Shown: piece after piece, positions 20,891 through 32,566 of the stretch
Position numbering within the stretch: the first letter of the stretch is position 1
Layout of the letters: each line of letters begins with the position of its first letter
NCBI GenBank assembly: GCA_965372715.1
Contig: CBDVDH010000007.1
Location: 18,580-82,579 of the forward strand
Source of the DNA: an uncultured bacterium
GTDB lineage: Bacteria > B130-G9
Direction of reading: 5' to 3'
DNA length: 64,000 nt
Made by a program: the position numbers and the translations under genes
The notes under the pieces: model-generated
What the model was told of the DNA's origin: nothing
Databases searched by the model: none
Seen by the model: the letters and a program-made list of their open reading frames with translations, nothing else

Positions 20891-21127
20891 TCAGCTGGAT
20901 GATGCGGCCAATCCTGTCCTTCCGATGGCGATGTCCTCGATCACAACCTTCCGGAAAACATCCGGATCGCCAAATCGCTTTTTCGCATCAAGAATCTCTA
21001 TCCCGGCAATGCGCCCGTCTTCTGCATAGTCAACGGCGAATCCTTCCGCAAGATGCTCTGTTGTTACGGTCGTTTCTATGAAGCGGATGTATAGCGCATC
21101 CAGATCGGCATCATATGTGATTCTCAT
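20891..21127 (-). CDS. DUF2283 family protein
   Basis: 78 aa: MRITYDADLDALYIRF...DGRIAGIEILDA (YDxExDxLYI motif). 4-nt overlap with the upstream PIN gene. Confidence 0.7.
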   Translation of the reverse strand: MRITYDADLDALYIRFIETTVTTEHLAEGFAVDYAEDGRIAGIEILDAKKRFGDPDVFRKVVIEDIAIGRTGLAASSS

Positions 21128-21540
21128 TTCCTCGAACTTCTCCGCAGCACATCGGCCGGCGTTTTCCGGCCCAGGTCTGTTCGGTCGAAGTCGCTGTCGA
21201 AGCTCAGAATGGTGAGGCCGTGCTTTTCTGCTACAACGTATTGATAGGCATCGTCGAAATCCAATTCAAACCTGCAAGCCGCGTCGGTCATGTCTTGCAT
21301 GTCTTCGGCAGACAGAGCGATCACTATCGTTCCGGCGTCAAGAATCATATCGGATGTGAACTGCTGGAAGAGCTCGTGCTTCTTCAGGCGAAAGAGAATA
21401 ACTCCTATCGAATGAAATGAGAAAGCTGAGATGAAGAGGTCATGCCTGTCCGCAGCTGCAAGGATGGACCGAGCCTCATCGGCCCGCGCCCGATCCAGAA
21501 TCACTTCAAGGAAAATGTTGGCATCGACTAATAGCCTCAT
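21124..21540 (-). CDS. PIN-domain ribonuclease toxin (VapC-like)
   Basis: RLLVDANIFLE N-terminal PIN acidic motif and further conserved Asp residues. ATGA start/stop overlap with the upstream antitoxin. Confidence 0.8.
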   Translation of the reverse strand: MRLLVDANIFLEVILDRARADEARSILAAADRHDLFISAFSFHSIGVILFRLKKHELFQQFTSDMILDAGTIVIALSAEDMQDMTDAACRFELDFDDAYQYVVAEKHGLTILSFDSDFDRTDLGRKTPADVLRRSSRK

Positions 21541-21761
21541 TCTTGCTCGATTCGCCAATCGGAGGCTTTGTGCTGCAATTCAACTGAGGTGTATTTGTCC
21601 CTCAAGTCCTTCAAGCCTCCCGCCCAGTCGAATCGGGGCTTGCGCCGCGGTCTGTTTGTGTGTTTCTCAAGCAGGAAGCCAGCGAAATCCCTTACTTCGA
21701 TCTGAAGGTTAGGAGGCAGCTCCTTGACAAGATCTTCCAGTGACTTTGCCATGTTACCCAT
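21537..21761 (-). CDS. DUF2281-type antitoxin
   Basis: 74 aa with LPPNLQIEVRDFAGFLLEK. Translationally coupled to the PIN gene. Confidence 0.6.
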   Translation of the reverse strand: MGNMAKSLEDLVKELPPNLQIEVRDFAGFLLEKHTNRPRRKPRFDWAGGLKDLRDKYTSVELQHKASDWRIEQE

Positions 21762-21945
21762 TGTTCTGTCCTTTATTCATGAAGCGGGCTCAAGCGCCTG
21801 GTTGCGCTACGTATTATCCTATAGTATCAGAACGTGGAGACTCTATCGGATTGCAGTGCTTTGATCAAACCAGCCAAAGCGCTGCTCATTGCCTGCTTGA
21901 TGCGCCGCGGTGGATTTGGGACAATACGAGTGATTTGTGGATTGA

Positions 21946-24057
<2,112 letters not shown>

Positions 24058-24141
24058 CCAGGGTTACCCGTGCGGCAGCGTGTGGGGTCGCCTGATGACC
24101 CCGCGTGGGCACCACAGTTGGGCATGTTTGGGGTATAGGCA

Positions 24142-25629
24142 ATGGAAGACTTTGAAGGCGAACTGAAGCTGCTCATACGTGCTCGTTATCCGATAATATA
24201 CCTTGTCAGCTGGGAGGAGCGTCGGGTCGAGCGAATAGTGCGTCGGGTCGCCTCGTCGCTGGGCAAACACGTCGTCGTGTGGACCTGCTCTATGGGGTTC
24301 GATCCGAGTGACACCAGGGTCTCTGATTCGACGAGGCCTTTCGCCGCGCTGTCGCACATTCTGCAAGTGCCTGAGAAGTCGGTATTTCTCCTGAAGGATT
24401 TTCACGCGTTTCTGAGCGATCGCGAGCCGGCGGTGACTCGGCGCTTGAGGGATGTGGCGGCCAAGTTGAAGACAAGCTACAAGACGGTCATGATCCTGTC
24501 GCCGGTGCTGAATATCCCGATCGAGCTAGAGAAAGAGATCTCGGTGCTCGATGTCCCGTTGCCGACGGAGGATGAGCTGCGCAGGATACTGGATTCTGTT
24601 CTCAAGCAGGCGAGGCGCGACCCCAGGCTGAAGGTTGACATCCGCGACGATGTTCTGGACAAGATGATCAGGGCCACGTGCGGGCTGACGGAGGAGGAGG
24701 CGGAGAATGCCTTTGCCAAGGCGCTCGTGAACGATGGCAAGTTCACGGAGGATGACCTGCCGCTCATCATCAAGGAAAAGAAGCAGATAATCCGCAAGAC
24801 GGGTGTTTTGGAGTATTACGATCTGTCGGAGACGTTTGCGGCGGTGGGCGGGCTCGCCAAATTGAAAACGTGGCTTTTGAATCGCGCGGAAGCCTTCGGG
24901 TCGGAGGCTCGGGAGTTTGGGCTTCCTGAGCCGAAGGGGCTGCTACTGGTGGGGGTTCAGGGCTGCGGAAAGAGCCTCACCGCGAAGGCGGTCGCATCGC
25001 TGTGGAAGCTTCCGCTCTTGCGCCTCGACGTGGGCAGCCTCTTTGGCTCCTACATTGGCACGTCCGAGGAGAATATGCGGAAGGCGATCAAGATCGCCGA
25101 GTCGCTCAGTCCGGCGGTACTATGGCTGGATGAGATCGAAAAGGGCTTCTCCGGCGTTTCCAGCTCGGGCATCTCCGACGGTGGGACGACGGCGCGGGTC
25201 TTTGCGACTTTTCTGACTTGGCTTCAGGAGAAGACCAAGCCGGTCTTCGTTGTCGCCACTGCAAACGCCATCGAACAGCTGCCTCCAGAGATGCTGAGAA
25301 AGGGTCGGTTCGACGAGATATTCTTCATTGACCTGCCGACTCTTGAGGAGAGAAGGACTATCATGGACATACATCTCAGGAAGCGGAAAAGAGAGCCAAA
25401 ACGGTTTGCAGTTGAGCACTTGGCACGCGAGTGCGAGGGGTTCAGCGGCGCAGAGATAGAGCAAGCGATCATCTCGGCGCTTTACGACGCTTTCGCCCAG
25501 AAGCGGGACATATCAACCGAGGACATTCAGCGTACTTTCAGCGAAAGCGTCCCGCTCTCGACCATGATGAAGGAGCAGATAGAAGCGTTCAGGGCGTGGG
25601 CGAGCGACCGCGCGAGGCGGGCGTCGTAA
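24142..25629 (+). CDS. AAA+ family ATPase (Ycf46-like)
   Basis: N-terminus [24 protein letters not shown]. Single AAA module with [19 protein letters not shown], Walker B LWLDEIEK and a sensor region. Confidence 0.8.
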   Translation: MEDFEGELKLLIRARYPIIYLVSWEERRVERIVRRVASSLGKHVVVWTCSMGFDPSDTRVSDSTRPFAALSHILQVPEKSVFLLKDFHAFLSDREPAVTRRLRDVAAKLKTSYKTVMILSPVLNIPIELEKEISVLDVPLPTEDELRRILDSVLKQARRDPRLKVDIRDDVLDKMIRATCGLTEEEAENAFAKALVNDGKFTEDDLPLIIKEKKQIIRKTGVLEYYDLSETFAAVGGLAKLKTWLLNRAEAFGSEAREFGLPEPKGLLLVGVQGCGKSLTAKAVASLWKLPLLRLDVGSLFGSYIGTSEENMRKAIKIAESLSPAVLWLDEIEKGFSGVSSSGISDGGTTARVFATFLTWLQEKTKPVFVVATANAIEQLPPEMLRKGRFDEIFFIDLPTLEERRTIMDIHLRKRKREPKRFAVEHLARECEGFSGAEIEQAIISALYDAFAQKRDISTEDIQRTFSESVPLSTMMKEQIEAFRAWASDRARRAS

Positions 25630-25713
25630 CCGATTGGCGCCGAGATTAAGGGGCCGGGTCCATGAACAGACCGTTATATTGACCGTTTGAGGAGATTGCG
25701 CAAAGGAGGAGAC

Positions 25714-26517
25714 GTGGAGCTTTCAAAGGCACAACAGCAAGCCCTGGATGACTTAACAGAGAAGCTGAAACGGGACCCGCTGTCCAACCCTCTTCTTCTG
25801 GCTGACTTAACGCAGCTTCGGGCGAACTGTGACTTTCTCGTGTCGCTAAAGGCTAACGGGAAGCTGAGGGGCCTTCTTGCGATAACGCGGCACCTGCCGC
25901 TAACCGCTATTGCGTTTTCCGATATGACCGCCGAAACATTCGTCGAACTGATGGGGCAGGCGCTCGAACTGCCGCAGTGCAGGTCCGGCGTATTCTGCTG
26001 TCTCGCGTCCAGTCATCGACGCAACTTGATCAAGTGCGTTTCGTTCATTAGGTGGGAGATTGCCGAGTTCAGATTCGGTCTCGCGGGAGACGCGGCGCTG
26101 GAGCCTCTTACAGTGCAGCTTGACGAGGGCCTCGAGCTCAGGGAGCTTTCCCTTGAGGATGCGGACGCTGTTATCGCGCTCTATGACGAGGTGCCGGCCG
26201 TCGCCTTCGGTCGCAAAGCCATGGAACTCGGTCCTTGGGTCGGCATCTTCAGTGGCGAGGGCCTGATAGGGGTCGCGGGGGTGCACTTCTCAACGCCCTG
26301 GGTGACGGAGATCGGACACGCCGCGGTCCACCGCGAATTCCGCAGGATGGGCTGTGCTAGGGCGCTTCTTAGCCGCCAGATTCAGCTTCTGACCGGCAAG
26401 ACTAAGCACATACTCGCCTGCTGTTTCCAGGAGAATCTGGCGCCTCAGAACCTCTTGGAGTCGATGGGTTTCAGGAGACACGAGCAAGTGTGGTTGATGG
26501 AGTTCTCTGTTGGCTAG
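25714..26517 (+). CDS. GNAT family N-acetyltransferase with an N-terminal unknown domain
   Basis: C-terminal VAGVHFSTPWVTEIGHAAVHREFRRMGCARALL, GNAT motif A. AAAGGAGGAG RBS before a GTG start; the track ORF begins at a TTG at 25687. Confidence 0.65.
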   Translation: MELSKAQQQALDDLTEKLKRDPLSNPLLLADLTQLRANCDFLVSLKANGKLRGLLAITRHLPLTAIAFSDMTAETFVELMGQALELPQCRSGVFCCLASSHRRNLIKCVSFIRWEIAEFRFGLAGDAALEPLTVQLDEGLELRELSLEDADAVIALYDEVPAVAFGRKAMELGPWVGIFSGEGLIGVAGVHFSTPWVTEIGHAAVHREFRRMGCARALLSRQIQLLTGKTKHILACCFQENLAPQNLLESMGFRRHEQVWLMEFSVG

Positions 26518-26591
26518 ACACCGAGTTGTCTGAGTTGTCTGACCCGTCTGACCTGTCTGACTTGTATGAGCCTAGCTGAGGGGAGCCCCGG

Positions 26592-27290
26592 ATGCGAAAG
26601 GTAGCACTAATTGCTGCGAAGGAGCTCAGAGTCTATTTCGGCTCAGTTACCGGCTATGTAGTGGTATCTGCGTTCCTCGCCATGTCGGGCGTTGCGTTCT
26701 TCTTTTGGGTCAATCAGTTCAAGGCATCGAGCATGAGGCCCGTCTTCCAGATGATATGCGTTGTCCTTCTCCTGACGGCGCCCGTGATTACGATGCGGCT
26801 TCTCGCTGGGGAGTTCGCGTCCGGGACCGCAGACCTGCTGGTCGTGTCCCCCGTCGCGCCGGTTCAGATCGTGTTGGGCAAGTTCCTTTTCTGCCTGTGT
26901 TTGGTGTTTATTCTATTGCTCTGCACGTGTCATTTCCCGCTTCTGTTGCTCAATTACGGTGGCCCTGACATGGGTGAGGTACTTGCCGGCTACATCGGCC
27001 TATTCCTTGCAGGGGCGTTCTTCTGCTCCGTCGGTCTATTCACCTCATCCCTGACAAGGAATACCGCGCTTGCGGCGGTCATAGCCCTCGGGACTCTCCT
27101 GGGCCTGTTCTTTCTTCCTAGTGGGAAGAATGGGGCAGTCTCAATCGCCGCGCCGCTTTCTCCGTTCGCACATTTCGCCGGCTTCGCTAAGGGAGTTCTC
27201 GACACGGCGGACATTGGGTATTTCCTGCTAGGCGTTTGTCTCTTTTTATTCTTGACGACCCGCGTTCTTCGGCTGAGGCGCCGGATATGA
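26592..27290 (+). CDS. ABC-2 type transporter permease (GldF-like)
   Basis: 232-aa polytopic membrane protein with an ABC-2 N-terminus, MRKVALIAAKELRVYFGS. Confidence 0.7.
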   Translation: MRKVALIAAKELRVYFGSVTGYVVVSAFLAMSGVAFFFWVNQFKASSMRPVFQMICVVLLLTAPVITMRLLAGEFASGTADLLVVSPVAPVQIVLGKFLFCLCLVFILLLCTCHFPLLLLNYGGPDMGEVLAGYIGLFLAGAFFCSVGLFTSSLTRNTALAAVIALGTLLGLFFLPSGKNGAVSIAAPLSPFAHFAGFAKGVLDTADIGYFLLGVCLFLFLTTRVLRLRRRI

Positions 27291-28921
27291 CGCGTTCGAC
27301 GCCGAGTTCTCGCCTCGTTCGCAAGGTCGCGCCAGTTCTTGCGATAATCTGCGGGTTCGTGTCTCTGATGATCTATCTGTTCTTCTTCGAGTTCGTGTTC
27401 TCCGCCAAGCTATACCTCGGCGCGGCCTTCGTCTTTGCAGGCCTATGGGCGCTTTCGAGCCGCGAATCGATCAGCAGGTCATTCAGAAAACTCCTCGCCG
27501 CGGGTGTCCTGTCGTTCGTGTTGGACGCAGCGTCAGTCGTTGTCATCGCAGCGGTTGTCTTCAGTATTACTGACAATCACAAGACGGTTTTTGACCTGAC
27601 CGTCAACGAGAGTTTCACGCTTTCTCCGTTCTCCGAGAAGGTGATCGAGGGGCTCGACCGGCAGATAGAGATAATCGGGTTCGTGCGAGCCGATGACCCA
27701 CGCGTCACCACGGCGCGCGACCTCCTCTCGCAATTCGACACCGCGTCAGACCGTATCGATACTCGCATCATCGATCCCGACGCCAGCCCGGCTGAGGCGG
27801 CGCGATATGGTCGGAACTTAGAGGGCAAGGTCGTGGTTCGCTATGGGACCAGGCTGGAATGGTCTGCCTCGTGGCGCGAGCAGTCGATTACTGGCCTCAT
27901 CGTCCGCGCGACAAACGCCTCCCGGCCGAGGGTCTGCTTCCTGACTGGGCACGGCGAGCGACCGATCTCGGGAGGCGCCCCTGACGGCCTATCCCAGGCC
28001 GCGCAGTATCTACAGTTCGACGGCTTTGACGCGACCTCACTGGACCTGTTGTCGGGCCGGCGGATTCCCACGGACGCGTCCGTCGTCGTGGCATCCGCGC
28101 CGAGCGTTGACCTATTGCCGACCGAGGTTGAGGCAATGAGAGACTATTTGGCCTCCAGCGGCAGTATGCTGCTTCTCATCGAGCCGGACGGCGCGGCGAC
28201 GTTCGCCCAACTGCTCAACGAGGTCGGCCTCGAGGTGCTGCCCGGCGAGGTCATCGATCCGGCCAGCAACGTCTTCAACGATCCGCGCAGCCCCGCTGTC
28301 TCACGAGCCGGCCAGCTCTCAGCCCCAATTACGGCCGGCCTCCCGGCAGTCTTCTTCCCGGGCGCCTCATCCATCAAACCCCTCAAATCGCGGTCAGCTG
28401 AGGTCGATCTTGATGGCATGCTGATTTCGAGTCCCCAGTCCTACGTTCTGTCGGGTGATGGCCGGCCCGGTTCAGAGCCGATACTTGGCCCGTTCTATCT
28501 CGCGGCGTCAGTCGAGGCGCCGGCAGCGTTCTTTGAGGCGCCGACAAGGGAGGAGCCGCCCGCTTCTCGGCCTGAAAAGGGCGAGTCGCCGAGCCTGCTT
28601 TCACATCCGGGCGTGGTCGAACAGATGCGCAGGGCAAGGAAACAGGCGGGCGAGAGGCAAGCCCGGCTCGTCGTCATCGCAGACGCGGACTTCGCGAGCA
28701 ACCGGTTCATCGACGAGTTGGGCAACCGGCAGCTTCTCATCTCGTCGGTCAAGTGGCTTGCCGAGAGCGATGATGTCGCCTCAATCCCACACAAGAGCAC
28801 ACGACGGGGCCGCATCGTCCTGACCAGCCTCGACCTCAACGTCATCAAGTTCGTCTCCATCGTCCTGTTCCCGCTGCTGCCGCTCCTCGCCGGCGTCGTC
28901 GTCTGGTGGCGCCGGCGCTAG
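27236..28921 (+). CDS. GldG-like ABC-transporter-associated periplasmic protein
   Basis: 561 aa with an N-terminal TM and a C-terminal TM. DFASNRFIDELGNRQLLISSVKWL is typical of the GldG family. Confidence 0.7.
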   Translation: MSLFILDDPRSSAEAPDMTRSTPSSRLVRKVAPVLAIICGFVSLMIYLFFFEFVFSAKLYLGAAFVFAGLWALSSRESISRSFRKLLAAGVLSFVLDAASVVVIAAVVFSITDNHKTVFDLTVNESFTLSPFSEKVIEGLDRQIEIIGFVRADDPRVTTARDLLSQFDTASDRIDTRIIDPDASPAEAARYGRNLEGKVVVRYGTRLEWSASWREQSITGLIVRATNASRPRVCFLTGHGERPISGGAPDGLSQAAQYLQFDGFDATSLDLLSGRRIPTDASVVVASAPSVDLLPTEVEAMRDYLASSGSMLLLIEPDGAATFAQLLNEVGLEVLPGEVIDPASNVFNDPRSPAVSRAGQLSAPITAGLPAVFFPGASSIKPLKSRSAEVDLDGMLISSPQSYVLSGDGRPGSEPILGPFYLAASVEAPAAFFEAPTREEPPASRPEKGESPSLLSHPGVVEQMRRARKQAGERQARLVVIADADFASNRFIDELGNRQLLISSVKWLAESDDVASIPHKSTRRGRIVLTSLDLNVIKFVSIVLFPLLPLLAGVVVWWRRR

Positions 28922-29116
28922 GCCGCGAAGAAGTAGTCGCACCACTGTCAGTGGATGTTTGGGTAGTGAGAGCCAAACCCGGCGGGGATCAGTGATTTGT
29001 ATGCTAAATGATGATGAATCCAGTATTCTAGTAACCGTGCGCGATGGATTGCTGCCGAAGTTGCCTTCGGGCGAGATCCTGGTGAGAGAGACGCAGAACT
29101 TTGTGGAGGATAGGAG

Positions 29117-29827
29117 ATGAATTTTGAGGTCTATTGCGACGAGAGTCATCCAGACGTCTTCTGGTCTCAGTCAAATGCTCGAGCGAGGTTCCTTCTGATC
29201 GGGGGTCTCTGGCTTGCGTCGGACCTGCGGCAGCAAGTTAAGGCAGACATCAACGCCCTCAAGCAACGCAATGGATTTGATTTGGAACACGAAATCAAAT
29301 GGCACAAAGTTCACCGAGGCAGACAGGATTTCTACACCCGCCTCATCGAGCTTTTCGTCGACTATGGTGATCGCTTGCGATTCCGGTGCATCGCGGTTGA
29401 GGGTGACCGGGTCGACCTGGTGCGGTGCCATGAAAGCGACAGCGAGCTCGGATTCTATAAGTTCTACTATGAAATGCTTAACGGTTGGATTGAGGATTCC
29501 AATGAATATCGGATCTTCTGTGATGAGAAGACGAACAGAGCCGGAGACAGGCTCAATACGCTGAGGACGGTCCTTCAGAACTCCAATAGCCTGTCGAGAA
29601 TCATATCGGTTCAGGCTTTGCCGTCCAGGCAGGTTCTCCTTATCCAGCTGACTGATTTCCTGCTTGGCATGGTATCGTCCAGAATGAATAGCTCAGTTCC
29701 CCGCGGTGGCTTCAAGGACACATTGATCAGGCGCCTGGAACAACACCTTGGCCGAGGCCGCATGGCCCCAACAGCGAAGTCCGAGGCGAAGTTCAATATC
29801 TTCCGAATTCACCTGCAGGACGAATAG
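29117..29827 (+). CDS. DUF3800 domain protein
   Basis: MNFEVYCDESHPD is the N-terminal DUF3800 signature (hhhDESG-like). 236 aa. Strong RBS ggaggataggag. Confidence 0.7.
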   Translation: MNFEVYCDESHPDVFWSQSNARARFLLIGGLWLASDLRQQVKADINALKQRNGFDLEHEIKWHKVHRGRQDFYTRLIELFVDYGDRLRFRCIAVEGDRVDLVRCHESDSELGFYKFYYEMLNGWIEDSNEYRIFCDEKTNRAGDRLNTLRTVLQNSNSLSRIISVQALPSRQVLLIQLTDFLLGMVSSRMNSSVPRGGFKDTLIRRLEQHLGRGRMAPTAKSEAKFNIFRIHLQDE

Positions 29828-29915
29828 CAGGATGCCACCTCCACCAAAGGTCAAGTATGCAACGGAATAGGAATATCGCGAATATTTTGAGAGCGTATAC
29901 TGTAGGACGCCGATT

Positions 29916-30272
29916 GTGACCTTCGATGGCATTCCGGTCCGCTTCAGAGAGAGCGACTTCGATCATTGCATGTTCGAGAGCTCAAAGCGCAACGGAGTCA
30001 AGGAAACATTCTCACGCAAGCGTGCTGAGAGGATAGACTGGATCAAAGCGACATTGGCTGATCCATCGGCCGATCTGCGTCAGGGATGGGATAAGCGGAG
30101 AAAGAGGATCGCGCCCGAACGCCGCGTTGCGATTGCATATGAGGAGTTCGCGGTGATTATTGCCATCAGCAAGCCAAAAAGAGGCGGATATATAGCGGAC
30201 TTCGTCACGGGCTTCTTGGCTGAAAACAACATCTTGAAGATCAAGGCGATGCCGCGTTGGGTAGGAATATGA
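29916..30272 (+). CDS. hypothetical protein downstream of the DUF3800 gene
   Basis: 118-aa ORF, same strand, 88 bp downstream. Confidence 0.35.
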   Translation: MTFDGIPVRFRESDFDHCMFESSKRNGVKETFSRKRAERIDWIKATLADPSADLRQGWDKRRKRIAPERRVAIAYEEFAVIIAISKPKRGGYIADFVTGFLAENNILKIKAMPRWVGI

Positions 30273-30528
30273 ATGCCGCTGGTGTGGCCCAGCGGCAGAA
30301 GCCTCTGTAGGTTCCCTACACTTGGTAAAGAACAACTATAACATAGTATCGTGTATAAGCTATGTCAAGCTTAAACATCCGGAAAACATAACAACAGATG
30401 AAAGCAAGTCTGAACGAGAACGCGCTGGAGCGAGCTACGCTACCATGGTTTGAGGGCTTCGGCTGAGAAGCCCTACAGGGGCCGGGCAAGGAGGCTGGGT
30501 TTGATCGGTACAAAAGGAGCATCGGGAC

Positions 30529-31086
30529 ATGCATGGCAAGGGAGACTTGATTCGGCCGCATGGCGGGTACCGCAGGCTGCGCAGTTTTCAGACGGCCCAA
30601 CTCGTGTATGACGCGACCGTTGTATTCTGCAGTCGCTTCGTTGACAAGCGTTCTCGTACGCACGACCAAATGGTGCAGGCCGCCCGCAGCGGGGTGCAGA
30701 ATATCGCCTAAGGCAGTATGGCCTCGGGAACCTCGAAGAAGATGGAACTCAAGTTGACGGACGTTGCGAGAGCCAGCCTGGAAGAACTGCTCCTGGACTA
30801 CGAGGACTTCCTGCGGCAGCGGGGATTGCGCATCTGGGCGAAGGAGTCGCCGCAGGCGCTTTCGGTGAGGAGGAAGTACCGGTCGGACAGGTGGGACACG
30901 TCGTATATCTATGGTATCAAGACGGCTTCTGCCGAGGTTGCGGCGAACACCATCATCTGTTTAGTGAACCAGGCGAGTTTCCTGCTTGGGAGGCAATTGA
31001 AGAAGCTGGAGCAGTCATTTCTTGCAGAGGGGGGATTCACCGAGCGGCTTTACCGCAAGCGGCATGAGCGACGAGGGCATACATGA
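30529..31086 (+). pseudogene. four-helix-bundle (Avd/TIGR02436-like) protein gene interrupted by an in-frame TAA
   Basis: Two ORFs in the same frame, 30529-30711 and 30718-31086, are separated by a single TAA exactly where the family motif NIAEG is expected (reads QNIA*GS). Confidence 0.5.
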
Positions 31087-31143
31087 TCGTTTTCAAGCAA
31101 TCCAACCTCGAAGAGCGGCGTTGGCTTGACTGGAGGACCTGAC

Positions 31144-32043
31144 TCAGCGCAGCAGGGCGTATATGTTCGGCCAATAGACCAGGATGAGGACGCAGGCGAT
31201 CCAGAGCAGGACGTCGATTATGAGCGGAGTGTCCTCGAGCAGTATCTGCGCCGGGCTGCCGCCCATCTCCTTCCGATAGACGAGATACAGGTATCGCAGC
31301 AGGCCATAGAGCACGAACGGCACGGTTATATACAGGTATTTGGTGCCGAACTTCTGCGCGGTCTCCGGCGACATCGTGTAGAGCGTATAGGCCATGATCG
31401 TCGAGGCGGTAACGATGCTGATCATCTGGTCGAGCAGCCGAGGCGTGTATTCCTTCAGGATAATCCGGTGGGCGATTGCGTTGTCGCCCAGGCTGACGAG
31501 CTCGTGGCGCCGCTTGGCGATGGCCAAAAACAGCGAGAGGAAGATGGTGCACGCGATGAGCCAGTTTGAGAACTCGACGTTGACGACGATTGCGCCGGCG
31601 AGCGCGCGTATGACGAAGCCCGCCGATATGGTCATGATGTCGAGCATGACGAGGTTCTTGAGAAGGTAGGAATAGAGCACCTGGATGATTAGGTACAGGG
31701 ACGAGACCAGTGCGAAGCCCGGGGAGAGGTGAAATGCGACTACGAGTGCAACCGCTGCCAGCACGGCCGAGGCGGGGAGGGCGAATGCGGGCGCAAGCGC
31801 CCCTGACGCAATTGGTCGATGCTGCTTCTCAGGGTGTTTCTTGTCCCTCTCGATGTCTGTGATGTCGTTGAGCACATAGACGAAGCCCGAAAGGATGCAG
31901 AAGACGAAGAACCCGACAAGCGCCTTTAGGAAGGAATCAGGCTCGAACAGGTGTTTTGAAAAGACGATGCCGCCGAACAACAAGACGTTCTTGGTCCATT
32001 GCTTGGGCCGCATCGATTGCAGTAGTAGCAATACTCGCATCAT
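31144..32043 (-). CDS. UbiA-family prenyl/phosphoribosyl transferase (decaprenyl-phosphate phosphoribosyltransferase-like)
   Basis: N-terminal RPKQWTKNVLLFGG plus NDITDIERDK (Asp-rich) and 8-9 TM helices. Resembles DPPR synthase (Rv3806c type). Confidence 0.75.
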   Translation of the reverse strand: MMRVLLLLQSMRPKQWTKNVLLFGGIVFSKHLFEPDSFLKALVGFFVFCILSGFVYVLNDITDIERDKKHPEKQHRPIASGALAPAFALPASAVLAAVALVVAFHLSPGFALVSSLYLIIQVLYSYLLKNLVMLDIMTISAGFVIRALAGAIVVNVEFSNWLIACTIFLSLFLAIAKRRHELVSLGDNAIAHRIILKEYTPRLLDQMISIVTASTIMAYTLYTMSPETAQKFGTKYLYITVPFVLYGLLRYLYLVYRKEMGGSPAQILLEDTPLIIDVLLWIACVLILVYWPNIYALLR

Positions 32044-32566
32044 GTTTCGTTCCTAAGTGGTTGAGGTTCACACATGCCTGCAATGGCCATGTAAGGGGTG
32101 GTCTCAGACCTGACAATTGTACGCATATTCTGGAGGGTAGGTTTCTCTGACTCACCGCGTTTTAACCCGGTAATATAAATGGCTCTCATTATCATAACAC
32201 CCGACTTCAGTCGGGTGGCCAGAGAAGCCCGGGACGCCCCGCCCTTCCTCCCCGGAAGCCTCCACTGGAGAGGAGAGAGGAGGATGTCGGGCTGCCGCAA
32301 ATCCCCCATCTGAAGATGGGGGTTAGAACAATGATAGCCCTCTTGCATCGCCTCGGCTGAAGCCGGGCGATGAAGCCCCCGACACACCTCATCCAAAATA
32401 TGCGGATAAATGTTAGGTCTCAGACCCGCCGGTTCGAATTGACTGCCGCATTGTGGATGCCACAATCGATGGATCGATATTGGCGGGCGGGTCTGAGACC
32501 ACGCCCCTACGCGGCAATTCAGACAATCTGATTGCGGTCCTGTCTCCACGAACACGCCCTTATAGC
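32044..32566. other. highly structured non-coding intergenic region
   Basis: GGTCTCAGACC motif three times. 15-bp inverted repeat 32416-32430 / 32486-32500 enclosing ATTGTGG-ATG-CCACAAT and ATCGATGGATCGAT palindromes. Hairpins CCCGAC-TTCA-GTCGGG and CCCCAT-CTGAAG-ATGGGG. Confidence 0.4.

Noticed and set aside
27236-27290. Apparent frame inconsistency (extra C near 27240) when hand-indexing the GldF/GldG overlap
   Set aside because: Most likely my own counting slip. The ORF-track coordinates were used. This does flag that my hand-derived coordinates can be off by 1-2 nt.
32425-32445. GGTTCGAATTG resembling a tRNA T-loop
   Set aside because: The flanking bases cannot form a T-stem or acceptor stem. 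No cloverleaf can be drawn on either strand.
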